Origin: Octopus bimaculoides
Taxonomy: Eukaryota
Reading direction: 5' to 3'
NCBI RefSeq assembly: GCF_001194135.2
Contig: NC_068993.1
Coordinates: forward strand, 10,303,026 to 10,339,637
DNA length: 36,612 nucleotides
The stretch's first letter is position 1, and every line of letters starts with the position of its first letter. The notes beneath the pieces are model-generated. The model searched no databases. It saw nothing but the letters and a program-made list of their open reading frames with translations, and had not been told where the DNA came from. Shown piece after piece: positions 1-11,236 of the stretch. The position numbers were made by a program, and so were the translations under genes.

Positions 1-29
<29 letters not shown>

Positions 30-35
<6 letters not shown>

Positions 36-985
36 TGTCACTAATAATAAATTTTTAATTAGCTTGTTGGCTATTTGCAACATCAGTGCCTGAAAAGTCA
101 TTGAAATTCTATTTATTGTTGAGTGAGATTTGGCTAGTAGGCAACTAGTAGACATCTGTCACTGAGATGAAGTACGTCGAAATAATGTGATCTGGCAGTT
201 CCAGTATCCATAGCAGACAATACTCATCTTATTTCTTTATTGCCCACAAGGGGCTAAACATAGAGGGCACAAACAAGGACAGACAAAGGGATTAAGTCGA
301 CTACATCGACTCCAGTTTGTAACTGGTACTTAATTTATCGACCCCGAAAGGATGAAAGGCAAAGTCAACCTCGGTGGAATTTGAACTCAGAACGTAACGG
401 CAGACGAAATACCTCTAAGCATTTCGCCCAGCGTGCTGACATTTCTGCCAGCTCACCAACAACTCATCTGCCAACAATATATCCATATGAGAGGTCCTTA
501 CAAAGCAAATGCCACAGTGTTCAACATTCTAGTAAAACATCCACATTAAGTTGGATATAAAGATTGCCTTTTTATACTTATACACACACACACACACATA
601 TATCTATATATATACATATATTGCTTCTGTCATTAATAATCAATTTTTAATAAACCTGCTGTGCCTTGCTTCTGTCACTAATAATCAATTTTTAATAGCT
701 GTTTGCAACATCAGTGCCTGAAAAATAACTGAAATTATACATACATTGTTGGCTGGCATGCAGCTTGCAGATGTCTGTCACTGAGGAGATGGGGTATGTC
801 GAAATAATTGTGATGCGGCAGTTCCAGCACCGACACCAGACAATACCCATCTGCCAATGGTATAAACATGCGTTCTTTTATGCATCATGCATCCATATAA
901 GAGTTCCTCTCAAAGCGAATACCTCACTATTTGCTGTTCTAGCAAAACATCCGCATTAAGTTGAAAATAAACTTTACTGATCACT
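30..985. repeat. Local tandem duplication of an about 330-bp unit (copy 1 about 30-585 with SINE, copy 2 about 665-985)
   Basis: Colinear blocks TGTCACTAATAAT, TTGCAACATCAGTGCCTGAAAA, GTCGAAATAAT, GGCAGTTCCAG, AAAACATCC(A/G)CATTAAGTTG. Confidence 0.85.
230..461 (-). mobile_element. SINE family C with 8-bp TSD ACTCATCT
   Basis: Reverse complement of the GAGCTGGCAGAA...GAGTTCAAATTCC head and CCTTTCATCCTTTCGGGGTCGATAAA body; TSD at 222-229 and 462-469. Confidence 0.85.
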
Positions 986-1789
986 TCAATTATGGAATGT
1001 AGCTAGTGTAAATGTGGTTAAAATGTCTTACCTGTTCAATAAAATTATCGGGAAGCAGAAGCTCATCTTTACCAATAATACATCGTTCCAACTGTCCTAC
1101 TCTGCTCGTAGATTGAACCATTGCATCCATTCTTTAAAGTCACCTAAAACATGAAACCAGACATTGATGAATCATTGTAATAATTCTCATCACAACTGCA
1201 ACTATAACTACAATCATACATGATATTGTTTGGATAGTCATCAATAACCCTTTTGATATCAACCCACCCAAGAGTGCGCTTGGTTCTAAATTATGGCCTT
1301 CTATCAAAATTTCACATTGGCTTATATTCCAAACACAAGTTTAATAATGACAAAGTTATTTTACTAAATTCTTCATTATTCTAAAATTGAAACAACGGCA
1401 GTACTTAGTGTTGAGAGTGGGGTCTTGTCTTGTGAGTACCTTACAACCTCACCAGAGTGCTTATGTCAGGAAAGAGTAGCCAGTATCCTATGTGAAGTGG
1501 TTGGCATTAGGGACAGTACGGGTTGAATGTTCAACAGAAACCAAAGACAGAAGACTGCACCAGGCCCCAGTCGTCTGTTTTGGCATGGTTTCTACAGCTG
1601 GGTGTCCTTCCTAGCAGCACCACTTTACAGAGTGTACTGGGTGCTTTCTTTCATGGTATTGACACAAGTGAGATCACCAAGTAATTCAAAAGACAGCTTC
1701 AACTGAATGGAGATGCAGCACATAAGTATGAAAACATATGATGGACTTTCCTGTCAAAGATGACATTTGAGCGTTCGTTCAGCTTCTGC

Positions 1790-2046
1790 CGAATGACCTG
1801 CACAAATGATTTGTTTATACGGATCAAATGTTCATGCCACACATTAGCTCACATTCTCCCATCAAATCAACGTTGTCTGAACAGGTGCACACAGGTGTAC
1901 CACGCATCAGGTGTCGAAGTGATTGCAGAGCAGCACAAGATGAAGTGTTTTGCTCAAGAATACAACATATCACTCGGTCTAGGAATTGAAATCACAATCG
2001 CTAGATCATGAGTGCAACACCCTAACCACTACTCCATGTGCCCTCA
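1790..2046 (-). mobile_element. tRNA-headed SINE, fourth family (also about 34848-34965 on +)
   Basis: Minus head GCACATGGAGTAGTGGTTAGGGTGTTGCACTC and body CTTGAGCAAAACACTTCAT, shared with the 34850 copy. Confidence 0.6.
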
Positions 2047-2073
2047 CATGAATATATATACATATATATATAC

Positions 2074-2126
<53 letters not shown>

Positions 2127-2517
2127 NNNNNNNNNNNNNNNNNNNNNNNNNNNNNNNNNNNNNNNNNNNNNNNNNNNNNNNNNNNNNNNNNNNNNNNNNN
2201 NNNNNNNNNNNNNNNNNNNNNNNNNNNNNNNNNNNNNNNNNNNNNNNNNNNNNNNNNNNNNNNNNNNNNNNNNNNNNNNNNNNNNNNNNNNNNNNNNNNN
2301 NNNNNNNNNNNNNNNNNNNNNNNNNNNNNNNNNNNNNNNNNNNNNNNNNNNNNNNNNNNNNNNNNNNNNNNNNNNNNNNNNNNNNNNNNNNNNNNNNNNN
2401 NNNNNNNNNNNNNNNNNNNNNNNNNNNNNNNNNNNNNNNNNNNNNNNNNNNNNNNNNNNNNNNNNNNNNNNNNNNNNNNNNNNNNNNNNNNNNNNNNNNN
2501 NNNNNNNNNNNNNNNNN
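2127..2517. other. Assembly gap inside (TA)n
   Basis: N run. Confidence 1.
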
Positions 2518-2563
<46 letters not shown>

Positions 2564-3086
2564 ATACATATGCTTTTACTGGTTTTTGTAACTCGTCATG
2601 GGATATCACATCACATTCAATGGTTTAGTCCATCATATACTTATTTTTAATACTTAAGAACTCAATACTTGTTCTTAAGTCTGCTACTTATCAATCTCTA
2701 TTTGTCAAATCACTAAGTTAGAGCATGCTTTTAAACATAAACACAAAGATGGATATAAACAAACACACATGAGAGTGTGTGTGTGTGTGATAACATGTTA
2801 GTAAATAAGGTGGCTGTGTGCTGGCATCATAAATAAAGGAAATTAAGTGCAAATGATGAGAATGTATTACAGGCAGAACAAAAAAAAAAATGCTAAAACA
2901 ACAAAATGACCCCTAATCATGTTTTCTTAAGGATTCTCAGATTCAATGTAAGACAGAACCGCAACCTTAGAAAAATCAACAACAATGAGATACAGGTGTG
3001 AAATATCTCATCATCATCATCATTTAACATCCGTTTCAATATTCTGTAAATCTTGACATATATATGTATATATATATATATATATA

Positions 3087-3300
3087 TGAGATGGTGCTGA
3101 AAAGTTTCTGGCTTTGGGCAAAAGAAAATAGAGGATCAGTTAATTATGATTTTATCGAACATATTCCCCTCTCAGATTCACACACTAACTGCAGCAGTCC
3201 TTCAGTTTTTCTAAGCCCCGTAAAAGAACTTGGAAGGTTAGGTCTCCAACCAGGCCTTTTGTGATACCCTTAAAGCCAGGATCTTTTCAGCACCCCCTCA
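3087..3300 (-). mobile_element. Mariner-derived MITE (214 bp, TA TSD)
   Basis: TIRs TGAGATGGTGCTGAAAAGTTTCTGGCTTT and TGAGGGGGTGCTGAAAAGATCCTGGCTTT, TA on both sides. Minus strand encodes CVNLRGEYV, like the mariner transposase C-terminus. Confidence 0.85.
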
Positions 3301-3443
3301 TACATATATAGAAAGCAAAAGAACTGTAGGATTTGTCTCATGAAAGCGTCTTATATAGTGCTTAAAAAGCACAGAGGTATATCAATAAAAGATGAAAAGC
3401 ACTTAGCAGCCACAGTGGAACAGATAAATCCAGATTAGATCTG

Positions 3444-3838
3444 NNNNNNNNNNNNNNNNNNNNNNNNNNNNNNNNNNNNNNNNNNNNNNNNNNNNNNNNN
3501 NNNNNNNNNNNNNNNNNNNNNNNNNNNNNNNNNNNNNNNNNNNNNNNNNNNNNNNNNNNNNNNNNNNNNNNNNNNNNNNNNNNNNNNNNNNNNNNNNNNN
3601 NNNNNNNNNNNNNNNNNNNNNNNNNNNNNNNNNNNNNNNNNNNNNNNNNNNNNNNNNNNNNNNNNNNNNNNNNNNNNNNNNNNNNNNNNNNNNNNNNNNN
3701 NNNNNNNNNNNNNNNNNNNNNNNNNNNNNNNNNNNNNNNNNNNNNNNNNNNNNNNNNNNNNNNNNNNNNNNNNNNNNNNNNNNNNNNNNNNNNNNNNNNN
3801 NNNNNNNNNNNNNNNNNNNNNNNNNNNNNNNNNNNNNN
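3444..3838. other. Assembly gap
   Basis: N run. Confidence 1.
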
Positions 3839-5416
3839 AAAAAAAAAAAAAAAAAACGCCCCCCCCTATTTGTCTTCCTTTAAAATATTAACCTCCACCC
3901 CACCCCACCTCACCCACTCATTTGTCCAAAAAATAATAAACGATTAAAATGTTTGAAGAAAATAATTTGGAATTTTTTTAATAGTCACTAGGGGTCATTT
4001 ATATGTAACAAACACTCTATCCCCGTGCCCCTTGAATCTACCAGGACGTCGTTTCTATTGGAAACATCCTGCAGGAATCAACTCCGCCAGTTAACCTTCT
4101 TGGCATAGGACGGTCGTTGTTATGGTATAAATTTTGATAAGTGCATCCGCGCTTTTCAAAATTTACCGTTGTTTAACCCCTAAGCTAGTCCTGATCAAGC
4201 AAACCTATGTTTCAAGGTATTCTGTGTTCTAGTTACTATGATCGTTACATCAGTTTAAAATATCAAGGACTTGAGGACTCCAAAAGACGGAAGGGTAATT
4301 GGAAGATGATTTGACTGGTTGTTAATTGTAGCAACTTAAGCGACCAAGATATTACATCATAGGAAGGGGGGTCTTAGACAAGGCATATACCAGTAGTATA
4401 TTAAGGACCGATTCAGTTGACTGTGTCCTTCTACAGAAGTCCACCCTTGATCATTGTGGAAAAAAAAACAAAACAAAAAAACGAAACATTCCAAGAAAGT
4501 GGTTCGTGACTTGTTTACTTTCGATGAATATATTCATTTTCGGTGAAAACTTAACTTAATAGTAACTAAAATTCGGCCTTTGATTCCAAATAGAATTAAG
4601 GAATCGCTGTTAATATCTGGAATTGTGTGGTTCTACACATCTTCAGCATTAAAAGTAGATTGTCAAAAGTGTGAAACGAGGAAAGAAAATAGGAAATATA
4701 TTTATAAAAAAACTAGTCGATGTTTCTTTTTTTTTTTATATAATAGTAACTGGAATTATATAAGTGATTTGCAAGGAGTCTTTAAAAGTATTTCGAACTA
4801 TTACCGCTAATTTAATCCCTAAAGGAATTCTTAACAAGACTGAAGTAGTAATAAAGAAGGGACATATTTCGAGAGAATAGAGGGAAAAGTCGTTTCTTTT
4901 TTTCTCCTAAATTATACGTGTCAAATATATGAATATATATAAGTATATATTAATATAAACGAACATTTATATATATATAAATATACATGATCTTGGTAAA
5001 ACAAAAAGTGTTATTTATTAAGGTAATTATTAGTGGTCAATAATAGGGTTTAATAAAGTAGTAAATCTACAGGTATGAGTAAATATAGGCGTGAGAAGAA
5101 AGAAAGAAAGAAAGAAATTACTTTAAACTGGCAATATAAGAAAGATATTCATCCAGCACCCCGGATATAATAAGAGTCATTATAACAGACAGTTAAGGCT
5201 TAAATGCTTTGTTAATTTCAAAGGGCCATGCTGTCAGAACAGAAGCAACAGAGGTCCGACGTGGATCTTTAAGAAACGAAAAAAAAAAATAAAAGTCCCG
5301 TCCACTAACCTTCCAACAAAGTCAGAGTTGGTATTAAAGCATTAGGTATGAAATAACACTTTGCATCGGAGATTCTTTGCATTCCAGATTCAAAACACAA
5401 AATCTCCAACATAAAT

Positions 5417-5426
5417 ACCGGAAGTG
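5417..5426 (+). promoter_or_regulatory. ETS/GABPA-type motif ACCGGAAGTG
   Basis: Exact ETS consensus in non-repetitive, visibly CpG-retaining DNA; function not shown. Confidence 0.3.
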
Positions 5427-6329
5427 AACTGAGCTCCATACTAGTATCTCGGAGCAAATGATAAACGAAGAAGAAAGGCATCTTTTCTCTTAAATTACGG
5501 TTATTTTTTACAATGTTCACTTCAAAATTTAGATTATATCATAAAAATGACACTAGGTCACAATTTTGCGAATAGTAAAATGTTTTTATTATTATAAAGA
5601 TATTCATTTGGCGTACCGGATTTTTAAATTGGTGATACCAAAATTTTGATTGGACATAATAACTGTTTTCGTTTCGGAAAAATCCTTACTACAAAAACCC
5701 CTTTTAAGACGATAAACACTAACATTTGTTGCGACAAAGAAGTGAAAAGTTCAGAAGAACAGTAGAAATTATTATATAACGAAGTAAATTATTTCTTATA
5801 TTTAGTTACGTCCCTTTATGGGCTAAACACAAATCCAGAAAGGGTTAATTTTAACTTCTTCCGGCTGGAAAATTCAAGATTTTGTATACTGTCTACTTTT
5901 CTCAAAAAGGTATGGGAAACTTCTAGTTAATTTATAAAAAGCCGGATCAATATAAACTTAATGACCTATTCAACTAATTGATTTGTACTTTAGTTGTTCT
6001 CAACGGTTCTAGTGAATGTAAATCAATAGAACAATACCCATAGGGTTAGCAGTGTGTATTCCCTCGCAAATACTAAACTGTGTCCATCCTTATTATTATT
6101 ATTATTTTTACCGTTTACTTGTTTCAGTCGTTAGACTGCGGCCATGCAGAAGCACCGCCTTGAAGAATTTTTATTCGACTGAATCGACCCCAGTACTTAT
6201 TTGCTTTATAAGCTTGATACTTATTCTATCGGTCACTTTGGCGAACTGCTAGGTAACCGAAACGTAAACACACCAACACCGGTTGTCAAACGGTGATGGG
6301 GGACAAAGGCGCACACACACACATATATA

Positions 6330-6720
6330 TATATTTGAAATTTATCGTAAAACAAAAGACGAAGACAGGTGTATGAACAACAAAAAAGTGCATTAGTTTG
6401 ACTCTCGGGGAAAAGTAAGAAAAAGTCTTTTACGTTTCGAGCCTACGCCCTTCAACAGAAAGGAATAAGAGAAACTAAATGGAACGGAGAGACATTGAAA
6501 AAACTTGTATGTGTGTGTATATATCTATACATATAAATATCCAAACTGAGGGAGTCGGGCAGGTAAAGTTCAGATATATGTTTCCTAGTTCGAAGCTTAC
6601 AAACTTCCTACGCTTAGATCCTTGAATCTTATAATTACATATCCCATCCAAGGGACATAACTCCTAACCTAATCCTCTGGCCCCTTTATTTGACAAAAAG
6701 GAAAAAATGCCCTCCCGAAA
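6330..6720 (-). mobile_element. Probable degenerate Penelope-like 3' end with mutated minimal hammerhead, nested in a SINE
   Basis: Minus strand 6462-6427 reads CTTT CTGTTGA A GGGC GTAG GCTC GAAAC GTA AAAG. The segment interrupts a family A SINE. Confidence 0.4.
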
Positions 6721-7399
6721 TACAGCAATTATATATATATATATATATAGATAGATACACACACACACATACAACAGGTCTCTTTCAGTATCCGTCTACC
6801 AAATTCCCTTACAAGGCTTTGTTCGGCCCAAGACTGTGGTAGAAGACGCTTGCCCAAAGTACCACGCAGTAGGACTGAACCCAGAACCATGTGGTTGGTA
6901 AGCAAGCTTCTTACCACATTGTCACGCCTCACTCCATCCAACTGGCTGTAATTTAGGTCCAAGGACACTTTGTTACTTTATTTTATTAGCTCATTTATTT
7001 CATTTACAGTGATGTGCTTAAACCTGCCGAAATTAGCTTTGTCTTTCATCCTTCTGGGTCAATAAGATAAAGAGGAATCAAGCACTCAAAGACCAATTTA
7101 ATCAGCAGATACTGGTACCTTCCATGTCTCTTGATGCCAGAGGCTGTCTGGGGATTCCAAACAAATCTTCGTAGTATGCTTGTGATTTAATGACCATTAA
7201 ATTCCTGAGAAGTGATCGTAGATATTGTTAGCTTTATAGAAGATATAATAGATCAAACTTACACATCTCAATAGATGTATACATATGCATCAATATATAA
7301 ATTTAGATATGGCCGGCTTATGGGATTACCCGGGGTTTCACGTCCGTAAAGTGCTTGGCTTTACAGCTTTCCTTCAGACCCTAAATCCATTGGCCTATC

Positions 7400-8215
7400 A
7401 ATAGATTTCAAATTTTGGCACAAGACCTGCAATTACGGAAGAGGTGGGTGGGGTAAGTCGATTACATCGATCCATGTACTTAACTGGTTTCTATTTTATC
7501 GATCCAGAAAGGATGAAAGCAAAAATCGACCACGGTAGAATTTGACCTCAGAACATCAAGACGGGTGAAATGCCGCTGAGAACTTTGCCCGACATGGTAA
7601 CGATTTTGTCTGCTCGCCGCCTTCACATATCTCATTATTAAACGGGATTTTAAATGGAAACCTTACCTGTCATTGTGGTTTTGTGGCACGAAGCAAAGCA
7701 GGCCTTGTTTTCAACTCAAGAAAACATGGAGTAAATGATCCACAAGCAAACTAAGTCCTCACCTTGTTCCCTTTGCCTAAAGGTTTGCAAGGCACCAGCA
7801 GGCCTCAAAAGACACATTCGTGTCCATAGAATGTGATCACCATTTTATCAACTGATACGTATTTTATCGCCTGAAAGGATGAAAGGCAAAGTCAATCTCG
7901 GCAGAATTTGAACTGATAACGTTAAAATGGATTAAATGCCGCTAAGCATTTTGTTCGGTTTGTTAATGATTTTGCCTGGTCGCTGCCTTTTGATACATAG
8001 TTTCAAATTTTGGCACAAGTCCAGTAAATTCTAGTGGGAGGGTTAAGTCGATTACATCAATTCTAATACTCAAATAGTACTTGTTTCACCAACGTCGAGA
8101 GGATGAAAGGCAAAGTTGACCTCGGCGGAATTTGAACTCAGAACATAAAGAGCCGGAAAAAATACTGCTAAGCATTTTGTCTGATCACTTTAACGATTCT
8201 GCCAGCACACCGCTT
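7400..8215 (-). mobile_element. Cluster of three SINE family C copies (about 7400-7625, 7830-7990, 7995-8215)
   Basis: Repeated GAAAGGATGAAAGGCAAAGTCGACCTCGGCGGAATTTGAACTCAGAAC. Other copies about 15810-15900, 26205-26400 (+) and 35540-35758 (-). Confidence 0.85.
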
Positions 8216-8700
8216 TCATTTCCCAAGAAATATATAAAGTAAAACATTAGCAATTCATAATAAACAGGAAGAAGAAATGAGATTATATGGTATTCATGCC
8301 TTTCCATAGTAGTTGATATGAAATGGCTATAAATGAAGAGAGAAAAACAATGTCGTGAAATCTAAACTTCGTCAGTTCCCATGCGACAAGTGGAAGTCGA
8401 AGAAATTGACTTCGCAATCAGTAAAAATAGGAATGGGACAATAAAGTCTGTATCATTTCTTAAGAATTTCACTGAGTAGTATTTTCCAACCAATCGAATA
8501 AACGACAAATTTAAATATATATGCAAAAGTTTTTATGGAACAATTAAATGAAAGACAAACAAGACTTTTAGATAATTAATAAAAATTTTCTTTTCGGTTT
8601 CAACACCTTTTGTATCAGTTTTCATCAGCGGTTTATCAATTTCGTTTTCGTTTTTCGTTTTTTCAGTCCCATTTATCATATCCGGTCTCTTATTATCAAA

Positions 8701-8806
8701 ATGGCGGGCCTCGTGTGCCGTGTTCATCCCGTGGTCTTATTTTCTATCGTCGATGCTTATGAACGAAGACAAGAAGATGCACACCGAGTTATTGGAACAC
8801 TATTAG
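8701..8806 (+). CDS. eIF3f: eIF3f exon 1
   Basis: ATG 8701; [35 protein letters not shown]+G; donor GT at 8807 (phase 1). Confidence 0.95.
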
Positions 8807-11205
8807 GTACAATTTATTATTGAATTTCATTAATAAGTCTCATCACACTCTCCCCAACCATCATAAATAGACATGTTTTTTCCCCCATTTAATATCACGT
8901 TTTCCCAAAGCACATTTGGTTTGCTGGGTTAGTCATCTATTATTAATTAATTAACAAACATTAAATTCTAAAACTATTTCATATTTACTAATTTATACGT
9001 TATAAGATTATCTATCGTAAATCAATGCATTCTTTTAATAGTCACGTTACTGTGTTTTTTTTGTGTTCTTTTAATGATCTATATTTGATTTAATTTTCTG
9101 ACGTTTTTATCTAGTTAGTTAATAACTGAATAACCCATATGTTGGTAGTTGCTTATAAGATCCTCCAATAGTCGTAAACATAGCAATATAAGCTAGGACT
9201 AAAGTATATTTTAACGATGTAAAATCGTTTGTGTTATTTTTCAGTTTGTTTCTTCACAAGCATGTTTTTATGTGAAGGAAAAAAGTGTATAAAAAGGATA
9301 GTTACTCCGCTAAAATATATTTTAACCAAAATTGAGTTAAAGTTGGAATTTTGTTTCGATTTCTTGTTAATCAGTTTAAAATATAACAATATACTATCTG
9401 TCATCCAATTATCTAGTACACATAACATACATATTAAGTTCCCTTCCCCGTACGCACGTACAAAGTTGACAAATCAATGTATAAGTAAGTAGAGTCGAAA
9501 TGGTAATTCATACTCGTGTTGTTAGACTACCTTAGAATTGAAAAAAAAAATGGTTATTCTTTTTATGGAAGATATGAATGATTGGAGGGAAAAAAAGGAA
9601 ATTTATAAAAATCTTCGTAGTTTTTTTTTGTTTAGTTTTCTTTTTAAATCACATCTTTGATGTAAATACTTGAAGCTGACAACATAAGCATCTTTCCTTC
9701 GTGTTCCTTGACTGTTGTGTACTGTGCTTGGAGCCATCAAGTGAGAGACAAGGAACTGAATGAGGATCAGTGATGTCTGTGCACCTGGCCATTCCTGGTT
9801 AGGTGCAGCTGCCACATACCAAAGGTACTGCCTCTATTCAGGTAGTACCCTTACACTCCAACTGTACCATAATATTGTGACAACTAACAGCGCCAATCTT
9901 ACCAAATTTGGAGGGTATGTGAAGGCAGTGGACATTGCCTCATTCTTCAAGCTAGTGGTGGGGGAAAATTCAAAAACTGTTGAGGCTACTTTTTTCATGC
10001 TTTTATGTATGAGAAAAATAGATTTTAGTGAATTCCTTTCATTAAATAAGTAAATATACTGGCATCAACCAGCTGTGCCTCTCCTCAAATTTGTAGCTCT
10101 CTGCCAAAGTTAAAAATTGTTGTGTTATAAAGTTAAAGAATTGTCTCTTGTGAGAAAAACAAATGAGACATTCTGGATCTTTGTCTTCAGTTACATCATT
10201 CTCAGTTTGGTAGCCTTTGATTTATTCATCTGTGATGTGTGTGTTTTGTTTGTAAGTTTGAGGTATTGAAAAAATGGTGCAGGAGTGGCTGTGTGGTAAG
10301 TAGCTTGCTTACCAACTACATGGTTCTGGGTTCAGTTCCACTGCGTGGTACCTTGGGCAAGTGTCTTCTGCTATAGCCTCGGGTCGACCAAAGCCTTGTG
10401 AGTCAATCTGGTAGATGGAAACTGAAAGAAGCCTGTCGTATATATATGTATATGTTTGTGTGTTTGCCCCCCACCCCTAATCGCTTGACAACTGATGTTA
10501 GTGCGTCTACCTAGCAGTTCAGCAAAAAGAGACTGATAGAATAAGTACTAGGCTTACAAAGAATAAATTCTGGGGTTGATTTCATCATCATCATCGTTTA
10601 TCGTCCACTTTCCATGCTAGCATGGGTTGGACGATTTGACTGGGGACTGGTGAAACCGGATGGCAACACCAGCCTCCAATCTGATTTGGCAGAGTTTCTA
10701 CAGCTGGATGCCCTTCCTAACGCCAACCACTCCGAGAGTGTAGTGGGTGCTTTTACGTGTCACCTGCAACTAAAGGCAGTGCTCCAGCATGGCCACAGTC
10801 AAATGACTGAAACAAATAAAAGAGTAAAAGAGTGATGTATTCTCTAATATATCTAGTAAACATTTTTTTTTTTTTCAATTATTTCTTTCGATTTAGGTAC
10901 CTGTGAGAAAGGGGCAGTTGAAGTTTCTAATTGCTTCACCGTTCCACATAACGAATCAGAAGATGAAGTAAGTATAGATGTACATACATGTGTGTGTCTT
11001 TATTGTTATTTATCTTTTGCTACCAACCTGCCTGAGAGTGCCCTTGATTGGATGATACCAACTCCTTCTTTAAAGTGATCCAAAAACTTGCCTTAAAAAT
11101 TCCATATTAATTAATGTTTCAAACACTGGACAAAGTTATCTTACTAAATTCTTCATCATCATCATACATATGTTGTCCATGATGACATGGGTTGGACAGT
11201 TTGAA

Positions 11206-11236
<31 letters not shown>

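Noticed and set aside
2006-2650. Five long ORFs of YI/IY repeats
   Set aside because: Artefacts of (TA)n plus an N gap.
4020-4170. CpG-containing stretch with short open frames on both strands
   Set aside because: No recognisable motif or convincing pair of splice sites.
8533-8727. Minus [13 protein letters not shown]... overlapping the eIF3f start
   Set aside because: Antisense shadow of eIF3f exon 1 and its T-rich leader; no independent support.
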